Shown here: positions 9,663-18,782 of the stretch, in pieces
Layout: every line of letters starts with the position of its first letter
Position numbering within the stretch: position 1 is the first letter of the stretch
NCBI GenBank assembly: GCA_050251875.1
Contig: JBFWMA010000006.1
Span: forward strand, 64,001 to 128,000
Origin: Deferribacterales bacterium
GTDB taxonomy: Bacteria > Chrysiogenota > Deferribacteres > Deferribacterales > Geovibrionaceae
DNA length: 64,000 nucleotides
Direction of reading: 5' to 3'
Position numbers and translations under genes: made by a program
Notes under the pieces: generated by a model
What the model was told of the DNA's origin: nothing
Database searches by the model: none
Seen by the model: only the letters and a program-made list of their open reading frames with translations

Positions 9663-10649
9663 ATGCTTATTTTGAGAAGCGGATACACCACCGGATCCAC
9701 AGCATGCGCCGCCGCATGCGCCTCTTGCGTTTATATTCTGAAAAATATTCTGCCGCAGCAGGTGAATATCACTCTGCCCGGCGGACAGACAGCCACAATC
9801 CCCATACACATGGACGACAGCGGAATCTACGCCGTGAAAGACGGCGGAGACGATATAGACGCCACCCACGGCATGAAAATCTATGCCGATGTCACTCTGA
9901 ATGACTCAGGCGAAATAACGGTAACAGGCGGAAAAGGCATAGGCACCGTCACCAGAAAAGGGCTCCAGATTCCAGTGGGGCATTCCGCCATCAACCCCGT
10001 ACCTCTGAAGATGATAAAAGAGAACCTCAGAACCATTCTGAACGGCAGAGGAGCGGACGTGATAATCTCAGCCCCCGAGGGCGAAGAGATAGCCCGGCAG
10101 ACATTCAACGAAAAGGTGGGCATCACAGGCGGCATATCCATCATAGGCACCACAGGCATAGTAACACCCATGAGCGTGGAAGCCATCATAGAAACCATCA
10201 AATGCGAAATAGACGTGGCGTCTGCCGAAGGACACAAAAAAATATGCCTGACACCGGGAAAGATAGGTGAAAATAATTTCACATCGGAGTATAAAGATAT
10301 ACCTGTGATAATGATGAGTAATTTCACAGGAGAGGCATTTGAGTATGCCCGTGAGAAAGGCTTTTCCGAAATTTTCGCCGCCGGACACCCGTCCAAGCTG
10401 TGCAAAATTCTCATGGGATACTACAACACACACTCAAAAAACTCGCCCCAGTCCGCAGGTTTCATAGCCGAAAGACTCGGGCTGGCGGGTTCATTCAATA
10501 CCGTGGAGGAGATACTGGAACAGGAGAACACCGACCTGTCTTTTCTGGCTCTTGAGCTGGCGGAAAGACTTGAAAAAGATTTCGGTTTCGCTCATGTTTC
10601 TGTTATCTTCTATGACATGAAAGGGAGAAAGAAAGGTGAAAGATTCTGA
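9663..10649 (+). CDS. cbiD: Cobalt-precorrin-5B C1-methyltransferase
   Basis: LRSGYTTGSTA, KDGGDDIDATHG, AINPVP and GGISIIGTTGIV motifs. Confidence 0.95.
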   Translation: MLILRSGYTTGSTACAAACASCVYILKNILPQQVNITLPGGQTATIPIHMDDSGIYAVKDGGDDIDATHGMKIYADVTLNDSGEITVTGGKGIGTVTRKGLQIPVGHSAINPVPLKMIKENLRTILNGRGADVIISAPEGEEIARQTFNEKVGITGGISIIGTTGIVTPMSVEAIIETIKCEIDVASAEGHKKICLTPGKIGENNFTSEYKDIPVIMMSNFTGEAFEYAREKGFSEIFAAGHPSKLCKILMGYYNTHSKNSPQSAGFIAERLGLAGSFNTVEEILEQENTDLSFLALELAERLEKDFGFAHVSVIFYDMKGRKKGERF

Positions 10650-11226
10650 AATTACAGTCATATCCACAGGTCCCGGCGCAGAGGATATGATTACTGTCAG
10701 AGCGCTGAACGCTATCAAAGAACAGGACATCATTGTCGGAACAGATTTGGCGGTTAAAACATTCGCCAAAGGGCTCAACTGCTACATCCCGGAAAAGATG
10801 CTGACCGACACCATCGATTTCATCAACACCTGCGTCTATAAAAAAGTGGGAGTGCTGGTTTCCGGAGACGCCGGATTCTTCAGCCTCGCCAAGACTATCT
10901 CTGAAAAATACGACAACGTATCCATCATCCCGGGCGTCAGCTCCATCAGCGCCGGATTCTCACTGCTGAAAAAACAGTGGGGCGGTTTCGAGTTTCACTC
11001 CGCCCACGGAAGAGAGCTGTTCGACCACGAGATAACCAGACCCGCCGTCATCCTCTGCGATGCGGAGAACACCCCCGACAAGGTTCTGGAAAAACACTCA
11101 TATATGAGATCACGATTCAAAATAACAATCTTAAAAGACGTTTCGCTCCAGAACGAGCACGTCTTTCACTCACCCCAAAAAGGATACAACAGCAGCAGAC
11201 TGCTCCTGATTCTGGAAGATAAATAA
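10636..11226 (+). CDS. cbiE: Cobalt-precorrin-7 C5-methyltransferase (no fused CbiT)
   Basis: Tetrapyrrole methylase motifs GPG, SGDAGFFS, IIPGVSS and SAHGR; position in the cbi cluster. Confidence 0.8.
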   Translation: MKDSEITVISTGPGAEDMITVRALNAIKEQDIIVGTDLAVKTFAKGLNCYIPEKMLTDTIDFINTCVYKKVGVLVSGDAGFFSLAKTISEKYDNVSIIPGVSSISAGFSLLKKQWGGFEFHSAHGRELFDHEITRPAVILCDAENTPDKVLEKHSYMRSRFKITILKDVSLQNEHVFHSPQKGYNSSRLLLILEDK

Positions 11227-11228
11227 GA

Positions 11229-11972
11229 ATGAAGGTATATTTCATTGGCGCGGGTCCCGGCGATCCGGAGATGATAACAGTGAAGGGAGCGAGACTCATA
11301 GGCGAATGTCCGGTGGTGATATACGCCGGAAGCCTCGTGAGCCCCGAAATGCTGAAATACTGCGCTGAAAACGCCGAGATACACGATTCCGCCTCCATGA
11401 ATCTGGATGAGCAGATCGCCGTGATGAAAAAAGCGTCTGACGAAGGAAAATCAGTAGCCAGAGTTCACACGGGCGACCCGTCACTTTACGGAGCCACAGG
11501 CGAACAGATGCGGGAGCTGGACAGACTCGGCATAGAATACGAAACCATCGCCGGAGTCACCAGCATGGCGGCTTCAGCGGCGGCTGTCAACCGTGAGCTA
11601 ACCATGCCGGAGATATCCCAGACAGTTACGATAACCCGCACCCCCGGCAGAACGCCAATGCCTGAAGACATCAGAAACATAGCGAAAGTGGGCGGCACCA
11701 TCGCCTTCTTCCTGTCCGCCGGACAGGGAAAATACATCTCCGAAAACCTGATAAGCGAAGGCTGGAGCCCGAACACTCCCGTGATTCTGGTCTACCGAGC
11801 CACATGGTCTGATCAGAAAACGGCGGAATGCACCCTGAGCACCCTCGAAAAAACGCTGAAAGACAACGGCATGACAAAACACACCATGATACTGGCGGGG
11901 CAATCGCTGAAAGGTTCTCCGGAAGCAGACTCCAAACTGTATGATAAGAGTTTTTCCCATGAATACAGGTAA
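11229..11972 (+). CDS. cbiF: Cobalt-precorrin-4 C11-methyltransferase (CbiF/CobM)
   Basis: VYFIGAGPGDPEMITVKG, YAGSLV, RVHTGDPSLYGA and SKLYDKSFSHEYR motifs. Confidence 0.95.
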   Translation: MKVYFIGAGPGDPEMITVKGARLIGECPVVIYAGSLVSPEMLKYCAENAEIHDSASMNLDEQIAVMKKASDEGKSVARVHTGDPSLYGATGEQMRELDRLGIEYETIAGVTSMAASAAAVNRELTMPEISQTVTITRTPGRTPMPEDIRNIAKVGGTIAFFLSAGQGKYISENLISEGWSPNTPVILVYRATWSDQKTAECTLSTLEKTLKDNGMTKHTMILAGQSLKGSPEADSKLYDKSFSHEYR

Positions 11973-12744
11973 GCTCGCCGTCATAGCTGTCACAGAGAAA
12001 GGCGCCGTACAGGCGGCATACATAGCGGAACACTCCGGAGCGGATCTCTATCTGTCTGAAAAGATACCGTCAGAGAGCGGAACAAAATTCGCCTCGCTGA
12101 AAGACTGCTTTTCTGAGCTGTTTCAGAACTACACAGGAATCATAGCCGTGATGGCGCAGGGGATAGTCACCAGAATGTGCGCCCCGCTCCTGAACAGCAA
12201 ATACACAGACCCGGCAATAGTCGTGTGCGATGAGGTGGGCAGATACGCCATATCGGCAGTGTCCGGTCACGAGGGCGGAGCTAATAAGCTGGCTCACTAT
12301 GCAGCGTCCATAACGGGAGCCGTGCCGGTGATAACCACCGCCACCGAAGCCAACAAACGCTACACAGCGGGCATAGGCTGCCGCAAAGACACCACGAAGG
12401 ATCAGATAATAAGCGCCCTTACAGACGCATGTAAAAAGGTCGGAATCGACATAAAAGATATCCGGCTGGTCGCCTCCGCATGGGTAAAGAGCGAAGAACA
12501 GGGTATGATAGACGCCTGTGAAGAGCTGGGGATATATCTGCGGTTTCTGCCGAAACATCTTTACGACCACAGTCACTATGAGGCGGAACAGTCTGCCGCA
12601 GCAAAACATATAGGCATAAAGGCGGTGGCAGAGCCCAGCGCCATGATCGCCGGATTCAACACCAGACTGATACTGAAAAAGACCGTATACGAGAACGTCA
12701 CCGTGGCGATAGCCGAAGAGATGACGATGTTTACAGGAGAATAA
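11959..12744 (+). CDS. cbiG: Cobalt-precorrin-5A hydrolase CbiG
   Basis: MAQGIVTR, DPAIVV, SGHEGGAN, PVITTAT, GIGCRK and VAEPSA motifs. Confidence 0.92.
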   Translation: MNTGKLAVIAVTEKGAVQAAYIAEHSGADLYLSEKIPSESGTKFASLKDCFSELFQNYTGIIAVMAQGIVTRMCAPLLNSKYTDPAIVVCDEVGRYAISAVSGHEGGANKLAHYAASITGAVPVITTATEANKRYTAGIGCRKDTTKDQIISALTDACKKVGIDIKDIRLVASAWVKSEEQGMIDACEELGIYLRFLPKHLYDHSHYEAEQSAAAKHIGIKAVAEPSAMIAGFNTRLILKKTVYENVTVAIAEEMTMFTGE

Positions 12745-12746
12745 AA

Positions 12747-13469
12747 ATCGGAAAGATATTTCTGACCGGCACAGGACCCGGCAAACACGAAATGATGACC
12801 GCTCAGGCGAAATGGGCTATAGAAAACTGCACCGCCGTGTGCGGATACGATAAATATGTAGACCAGATAAAAGAGCTGATCCCCTCCTCCGCTAAAGTTT
12901 TCACCAGCGGGATGAAGGGCGAGGTAGAGAGAGCGGAAGCGTCCGTCAGATACGCCAAAGAGGGACACACCGTGTGTCTGGTGTGCGGAGGCGACCCGTC
13001 TCTGTATTCTCTGGCGTCTCTGGTTATGCAGATAGATGACGGCTCAGCGGATATAGAGGTCATCCCCGGCGTGACAGCCGCCATGGCGGCTTCTGCGAGA
13101 CTGGGAGCGCCCATTGCGGACGATCTCGCCATAATCTCCATGTCCGATCTGCTGACCCCGTGGGAAGTGATAAAAAAACGCATAGACGCCGTGAACCTCG
13201 GCGATTTCGTTGCGGCGATATACAACCCCAAGAGCATGAAACGCACAGACCAGATAGTCTACGCCCTGGACACGTTTTACAAATCCCGAGGCGACCTGAT
13301 AATAGGCACAGTGAAAAACGCCTTTCGTGACAGCGAGCAGGTGAAAATATCGAAAATATCCGACTTCGACTATGATTTCGTGGATATGACGAGCATAATC
13401 ATGGCGGGATGCACCAAAACCATCCTGAAAAACGGAAAAATGATAACTCCCAGAGGATATCCCGTCTGA
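12747..13469 (+). CDS. cbiH: Cobalt-precorrin-3B C17-methyltransferase (CbiH/CobJ); probable non-AUG start at 12747 (first ATG is 12792)
   Basis: GGDPSLY, IPGVTA, ISMSDLLTPW, YNPKS and MITPRGY motifs. The conserved GKIFLTGTGPG segment lies in frame upstream of the first ATG. Confidence 0.9.
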   Translation: MGKIFLTGTGPGKHEMMTAQAKWAIENCTAVCGYDKYVDQIKELIPSSAKVFTSGMKGEVERAEASVRYAKEGHTVCLVCGGDPSLYSLASLVMQIDDGSADIEVIPGVTAAMAASARLGAPIADDLAIISMSDLLTPWEVIKKRIDAVNLGDFVAAIYNPKSMKRTDQIVYALDTFYKSRGDLIIGTVKNAFRDSEQVKISKISDFDYDFVDMTSIIMAGCTKTILKNGKMITPRGYPV

Positions 13470-14152
13470 TGAGAACGCTGATTCTCGGAGGCACCTCCGA
13501 CACCCACAGATATATCGAATCCATAGACAGCGACTATGTGGTGACGGTAGCCACGAAATACGGCTACGACCTCTTCGGCAGACGCTATCCGGAAAAGATT
13601 TTCCACGTCCGTTTCGATGAGCAGTCTCTGAAAGATTTTATCACCTCTTTCGGCATCACCGAAGTGACCGACACAACCCATCCCTTCGCCAAAGAGATAA
13701 CGGCGCTGGCGAAAAAAGTCTGCTCCGATATGGATATTCCATACACAGACGCCATGCGCAGAACCGACATAGAGACCGATTATGAGAACGTTCACTATGT
13801 GGACAGCCACGAAGAGGCTGTGGAATATATCAAAAGCCGTGAGTTCAAATCAGTTCTGATAACCACAGGCGCCAACAACATAGACAAATATTCCGACATA
13901 GCTGGAATCAGCCGCGCCCGTATCCTCCCCTATGAAAAATCCATAGAAAAATGTCTTCTGGCGGGATTTGAGTATAAGAACATAATAGCCATGCAGGGTC
14001 CTTTCTCTAAGGAATTCAACACAGCCCTCATGCGTGAGATAAACGCCGATGTCATGGTGTCGAAGATGTCAGGGGATTCCGGCGGGATCACCGAAAAGAT
14101 TGAGGCGTGCAGAGATACAAATGCCGCCTGCATCATCGTCACAGGCGGATAA
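13469..14152 (+). CDS. cbiJ: Cobalt-precorrin-6A reductase (CbiJ/CobK)
   Basis: LILGGTSD, TVATKYG, DTTHPFA, IIAMQGPFS and KMSGDSGG..EKI motifs; ATG overlaps the cbiH stop. Confidence 0.92.
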   Translation: MRTLILGGTSDTHRYIESIDSDYVVTVATKYGYDLFGRRYPEKIFHVRFDEQSLKDFITSFGITEVTDTTHPFAKEITALAKKVCSDMDIPYTDAMRRTDIETDYENVHYVDSHEEAVEYIKSREFKSVLITTGANNIDKYSDIAGISRARILPYEKSIEKCLLAGFEYKNIIAMQGPFSKEFNTALMREINADVMVSKMSGDSGGITEKIEACRDTNAACIIVTGG

Positions 14153-14155
14153 TAT

Positions 14156-14770
14156 TTATTTTACGGCTTTCTGAAAAAGCAGTTTGTACTTGTTGTCGGT
14201 TTTCAGCGGGACGCACATCTTTTCTATAATATCAGACAAAAGCATTTCGGCCGTTTCGGCATCCTTCTTTCCGTCTTTTTTAGATGTTTTCGACAGTTCG
14301 GCAGACCACAGAACCTCTCCCGTCTCTATCTTCAGGAGTTTTGCCACGAGCTGAGCCTCGGAATATATGATATCCCCGCCACGCTCTGTCTGTCTGTATT
14401 TTATCAGTTTTCCGGTCAGGATGCTGTCCGCTCCGATGGAGCGCAGTTTCTGCTTGGTTTTGTCGTCCAGAATGCCTATGCCGGATGATTTCTGCTGAAA
14501 TCCTACTTCGTTGATTATCTTGTCTATATCGTTTCTGTCTATGATGTTGAAAAGCTCTCCGTCCACCAGCTCGGCGGTAAATTTATCGGCGATGATGGAT
14601 GTCTCATAGCGGATGTCCACATTCTTTCCGAACCCGATCACGGCAACGCTGTTCACGGCGTCCTTGCTGAACTTAGATGAAAGATTCGCTTTGTTCACTC
14701 CCACGGAGCTGTTCGACATACATCCGGTCAAAAAGAAAAGAAAAACGGATAAAACAAGAAAATGACGCAT
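14156..14770 (-). CDS. Lipoprotein, CsgG/HfaB/LpoB-like fold
   Basis: Lipobox LTGC; FNIIDRNDIDKII.E, GADSILTG and IETGEVLW patterns typical of this fold. Confidence 0.65.
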   Translation of the reverse strand: MRHFLVLSVFLFFLTGCMSNSSVGVNKANLSSKFSKDAVNSVAVIGFGKNVDIRYETSIIADKFTAELVDGELFNIIDRNDIDKIINEVGFQQKSSGIGILDDKTKQKLRSIGADSILTGKLIKYRQTERGGDIIYSEAQLVAKLLKIETGEVLWSAELSKTSKKDGKKDAETAEMLLSDIIEKMCVPLKTDNKYKLLFQKAVK

Positions 14771-14834
14771 ATAATCCTCCAGGCACACTCAATATTACGG
14801 CACAAGAGGGTCAGGGTCAACAATTTTAGAAATT

Positions 14835-15188
14835 TTACTGAATATCGGAGATGTCTTTGGTGAGTTTCAGAAGTTTTCTGCGGAGCATATTCTTTTTGCG
14901 CACGATATTGCCGTCATCGGTGGTGACGACATCGAGAATCTTCAGCCTTTCACATATCTCTTTTATCTTGTCCGCCGTGATCTTGCTGACGGGCGCGGTC
15001 TCACTGTCTGATTTCAGATGCACAACGGTGATATCGTGGTCGTTTGCTGTTCTGACTGTGTCTCTGTCCAGAGAGAAGAAAAACTCACTCATCTTATAGA
15101 ACGAGCTGAGCCTGTTCAAGAGGGTGATCTTGTCTTCAATCAGCAGACCGTGTTTGTTAGGAGGATATTCCACTTCATTGCGCTCCAA
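14835..15188 (-). CDS. Hypothetical protein
   Basis: 117-aa ORF filling the gap between rnfB and the lipoprotein on the same strand; no motif recognised; start uncertain. Confidence 0.6.
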   Translation of the reverse strand: MERNEVEYPPNKHGLLIEDKITLLNRLSSFYKMSEFFFSLDRDTVRTANDHDITVVHLKSDSETAPVSKITADKIKEICERLKILDVVTTDDGNIVRKKNMLRRKLLKLTKDISDIQ

Positions 15189-15267
15189 AAACGTACGTTC
15201 AGACGGTGTCTTCCGCAGTGCGGAAACACCTTCAATATAAATCGTCTTTTTTGCGCCGAATTTTAGC

Positions 15268-16065
15268 TTAAATTTTTGTTTTTTTCAGATCACGGATAGC
15301 GTGTGTGGGACAAACCTCCACGCATATACCGCAGACTGTGCAAACAGAGGGGTCTATCACTGCCAAGAAACTGTCCACATCTATGGCACCGACAGGGCAT
15401 TTTTTCTCACACATTTTACAACCGATGCAGCCGACTTTACAAGCCTTTTTCACATCAGGTCCTTTATCTTTCGACCGGCATATCACCACGATGGGCTTAT
15501 CCTCGGGCAGAAGAGTTATCAGATCTCTGGGGCACGCCTTCACACAGGCGCCGCACGCAGTGCATTTTTCCGGGGTTATCACGGGTATCTTGTCCTTGCC
15601 CATGCGCATAGCGCCGAAGGCACAGGATTTCACACAGCTGCCCTCGCCCACACAGGCATAGGTGCATACTTTGTTTCCGCCGCCCAGCATCACCACGCTG
15701 TGGCAGTCACGGGGACCGTAATAGTTGTATTTTTCTATTCCGTTTTCGCATCCGCCGTTGCATCTCACTCTGGCTACCCTGCGAACGGACGAGCTGACAG
15801 AAAGCCCCAGATAGGACGCTATACCCTTCGTCTCTTCCTTGCTGCACACGGGGCAAGCGTTCACGGGCGCTTTGCCCTTGACTATCGCCTCCGCCAGAGC
15901 CATACACCCAGGGTATCCGCATCCTCCGCAGTTGGCTCCGGGGAGCATGCCGTTCACCTCGGCTATACGCTCGTCCTTCTCCACATGGAATTTTTTCGAT
16001 GCGTACATCAGCCCCAGCCCGGCTATGAAACCTGTTACAGAGAGTGTCATTACTGCGTATATCAT
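15268..16065 (-). CDS. rnfB: Rnf complex subunit B (polyferredoxin)
   Basis: N-terminal TM, LPGANCGGCGYPGC and several CxxCxxCxxxCP motifs. Confidence 0.96.
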   Translation of the reverse strand: MIYAVMTLSVTGFIAGLGLMYASKKFHVEKDERIAEVNGMLPGANCGGCGYPGCMALAEAIVKGKAPVNACPVCSKEETKGIASYLGLSVSSSVRRVARVRCNGGCENGIEKYNYYGPRDCHSVVMLGGGNKVCTYACVGEGSCVKSCAFGAMRMGKDKIPVITPEKCTACGACVKACPRDLITLLPEDKPIVVICRSKDKGPDVKKACKVGCIGCKMCEKKCPVGAIDVDSFLAVIDPSVCTVCGICVEVCPTHAIRDLKKTKI

Positions 16066-16073
16066 CGTGACAC

Positions 16074-16649
16074 CTACTTAACCAGACCGGAGAATCCCAT
16101 GAAGGCGAGAGCCAGAATTCCGGCTGTGATGAACGCCACGGGGAGTCCTCTGAAGTAGAATGGTATATCCGAAAGCTCTATGCGCTCTCTGATGCCGGAG
16201 AACAGCACCAGAGCCAGTGTGAACCCGAGGGCTGAGCCTATGGTGAACACCAGCATCTGAACGAAGCTGAATCCCGACTGAATGTTAATAATAGCGGCGC
16301 CCAGAATGGCGCAGTTGGTGGTTATCAGCGGCAGAAAAATACCGAGTGACTGATAGAGATCGGGCGAAACTTTTTCGATAACCATCTCCACGAACTGAAC
16401 CAGAGCGGCGATAACCAGAATGAAGACGATAGTCTGGAGATATCCCACCCCCAGCCTGTCCAGCACGGCGTATTGGATTATCCATGTGATGATGCCCGCC
16501 ACCGCCATAACAAATGTGACGGCGAGCCCCATACCGATGGCTGTCTCCACCTTCTTGGATACTCCGAAGAAGGGGCATATTCCCAGAAATCTTGCCAGTA
16601 CGAAGTTGTTAACCAGTACGGCGCTGACGAAAAGTAAAAACAGGCTCAT
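16074..16649 (-). CDS. rnfA: Rnf complex subunit A
   Basis: [18 protein letters not shown] and [12 protein letters not shown] motifs. Confidence 0.96.
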   Translation of the reverse strand: MSLFLLFVSAVLVNNFVLARFLGICPFFGVSKKVETAIGMGLAVTFVMAVAGIITWIIQYAVLDRLGVGYLQTIVFILVIAALVQFVEMVIEKVSPDLYQSLGIFLPLITTNCAILGAAIINIQSGFSFVQMLVFTIGSALGFTLALVLFSGIRERIELSDIPFYFRGLPVAFITAGILALAFMGFSGLVK

Positions 16650-17257
16650 ATCTGGTCACCCGCCTTTATTCTTTTGCGTTCTTCCACAAAATTATTTATA
16701 GCCATCAGAAATCCCAGAACCATGAAGGCGCCGGGAGGAAGTATCATAAGTATGGACGGGCTGTAGTGAGGTCCGAAAAGATGGATGCCGAAGAGTGTTC
16801 CGTTACCCATTATCTCCCTGACACTGCCCAGAATGAAAAGAGTGAGGGTGAACCCTATCCCTGAGCCTATGCCGTCCAGCAGAGAATAGAACACGTTGTT
16901 TTTAGAGGCGAAACTCTCCGCCCTGCCCAGAACTATGCAGTTAACAACTATCAGGGGGATGAAAAGCCCCAGAAGTTTATGAAGATCATGCAGATAGGCG
17001 TTCATCATCAGGTCGATGACGGTAACGAAGCTGGCGATGATAACGATGAATGCCGGTATGCGCACCTTCGGCGGAATGATGTTCTTAACCAGAGACACCA
17101 CCACGTTAGAGCCCATCAGAACGCCCATGGTGGCAAGCCCCATGGCTATCCCGTTGATGGCGGACGTGGTGACTGCCAGTGTGGGACACAGCCCCAGCAC
17201 CTGCTTCATTACGGGGTTGTTTTTAAAAATTCCGTCTGTCAGCACAGATATTTTCAT
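16646..17257 (-). CDS. rnfE: Rnf complex subunit E
   Basis: [26 protein letters not shown] and LPPGAF motifs. Confidence 0.96.
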   Translation of the reverse strand: MKISVLTDGIFKNNPVMKQVLGLCPTLAVTTSAINGIAMGLATMGVLMGSNVVVSLVKNIIPPKVRIPAFIVIIASFVTVIDLMMNAYLHDLHKLLGLFIPLIVVNCIVLGRAESFASKNNVFYSLLDGIGSGIGFTLTLFILGSVREIMGNGTLFGIHLFGPHYSPSILMILPPGAFMVLGFLMAINNFVEERKRIKAGDQI

Positions 17258-17805
17258 TTTTCCCCTCCCGCTTCGTTCATCAGCTTCAGAGCGTCACGAA
17301 CAGCCTCGCACACGGCACGGGGTGAAATGGTCGCCCCGCTGAACGAGTCTATCTCGCCGCCGTCTTTTTTCACATGTATGTTTGAGCGGACATCTTTGTT
17401 TTTAAAGCTGTCTTTCCACTCCGGATTCTCTATTTTGTTGCCCAGACCGGGTGTCTCGGCGTGTTTGATTATCTCTATGCCCAGTATTTTACCTTTGGTG
17501 TCCACACCCACCAGAACCACTATGTCTCCGGCATATCCTTTGGCGGATCTGCTCTGGACGGCGTATCCAATTATTTCGCCGTTTTTGCGCCCTATGTATA
17601 TTTTATTTCCGTTGTATTCCTTCACTTCTCTGTCCGGTTCATTGTCGAATCCGGGCAGAACCTCTGTGAGTCCTTTCAGAAAATCTTTTCTGTACGCCTC
17701 TTTTATCTTGGCATCGGTCAGCTCGTTCACCCCAGCCAGAATGAAGGCGGAGAGAGCGGATATCAGAGTCAGCACTATCACCATGCCTATCGCCTTGTCT
17801 CTCAT
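17254..17805 (-). CDS. rnfG: Rnf complex subunit G (FMN-binding)
   Basis: GYAGDI, HAETPGLG and the flavinylation motif DSFSGATIS. Confidence 0.95.
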   Translation of the reverse strand: MRDKAIGMVIVLTLISALSAFILAGVNELTDAKIKEAYRKDFLKGLTEVLPGFDNEPDREVKEYNGNKIYIGRKNGEIIGYAVQSRSAKGYAGDIVVLVGVDTKGKILGIEIIKHAETPGLGNKIENPEWKDSFKNKDVRSNIHVKKDGGEIDSFSGATISPRAVCEAVRDALKLMNEAGGEK

Positions 17806-18782
17806 GCTCTCACCTCGCCGAAGCTCGCCGGGCGCATGTATTTATCCATCAGCGGGACGAAGGCGTTCATTATAAGAATAGCGAAACCCACACCGTCAGG
17901 ATAACTGCCGTATATCCTGATGAGACATGTGATAACGCCGCACCCGATTCCGAAAATGAGCTGAGCTTTTTTGTTGATGGGGCTGGTGACATAGTCTGTC
18001 GCCATGAAGAAAGCGCCCAGCATCACACCGCCGGAGATTATATGCATGAAAGGATCAAGAGCCCTGTGGGGAGCTATGAGCCATACTATACCGGAGAAGA
18101 TGAAAACAGTTCCGATGAAGGTCACGGGGATGTGCCATGTGATTATTCTGCGGCTCAGCATATACGCTCCGCCCACCAGAACAAATATCGCCCCGTCACC
18201 GCCCAGACATCCGCTGACGTTGCCGAATATCTGATCGGAGTATGTGGACACGTTATGCGCCATTATCTGCCCGTGGGCGATGATGTCCGCCTTGGTAAGC
18301 CCCAGAGGGGTAGCGGAGCTGACAGCGTCAAAGAAGAATGAGCCGCCCGGTTTCACCCATGACGTCATCTCGGCGGGCCATGCGATCAGCAGAAATATTC
18401 TGGCGACCAGAGCCGGGTTGAAAGGGTTCTGCCCCAGACCTCCGTACACCTGTTTCGACATGACGATGGCAACGAATGAACCGCACAGCATAGCCCACCA
18501 GGGAGCGCCCGCCGGCATGTTCATAGACAGCAGAACACCGGTCAGCAGAGCCGAATTGTCACGCAGACTGCACGGCTGTTTCAGAATTTTATTAAAAGCA
18601 TACTCAAAACCCATGCAGAACAGGGTTGTGAGCAGATATCCCTTAACGGCGTAATATCCGTAAAAATACACTGAAGCCAGCATCACGGGGATGAGAGCGA
18701 TGACAACATCCATCATAATCTTGTCGGTGGTGACGGTGTCTCTGTCGTGGGGGGAGAATGTAACCAACAACCTGTCAGGCAT
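17802..18782 (-). CDS. rnfD: Rnf complex subunit D
   Basis: SPH, GGLGQNPFNPAL, DAVSSATPL and AFFMATDYVTSP motifs. Confidence 0.96.
   Translation of the reverse strand: MPDRLLVTFSPHDRDTVTTDKIMMDVVIALIPVMLASVYFYGYYAVKGYLLTTLFCMGFEYAFNKILKQPCSLRDNSALLTGVLLSMNMPAGAPWWAMLCGSFVAIVMSKQVYGGLGQNPFNPALVARIFLLIAWPAEMTSWVKPGGSFFFDAVSSATPLGLTKADIIAHGQIMAHNVSTYSDQIFGNVSGCLGGDGAIFVLVGGAYMLSRRIITWHIPVTFIGTVFIFSGIVWLIAPHRALDPFMHIISGGVMLGAFFMATDYVTSPINKKAQLIFGIGCGVITCLIRIYGSYPDGVGFAILIMNAFVPLMDKYMRPASFGEVRA

Noticed and set aside
15301..17875. Long plus-strand ORFs (285 and 298 aa) opposite the rnf genes
   Set aside because: Antisense frames kept open by codon bias; no recognisable motifs.
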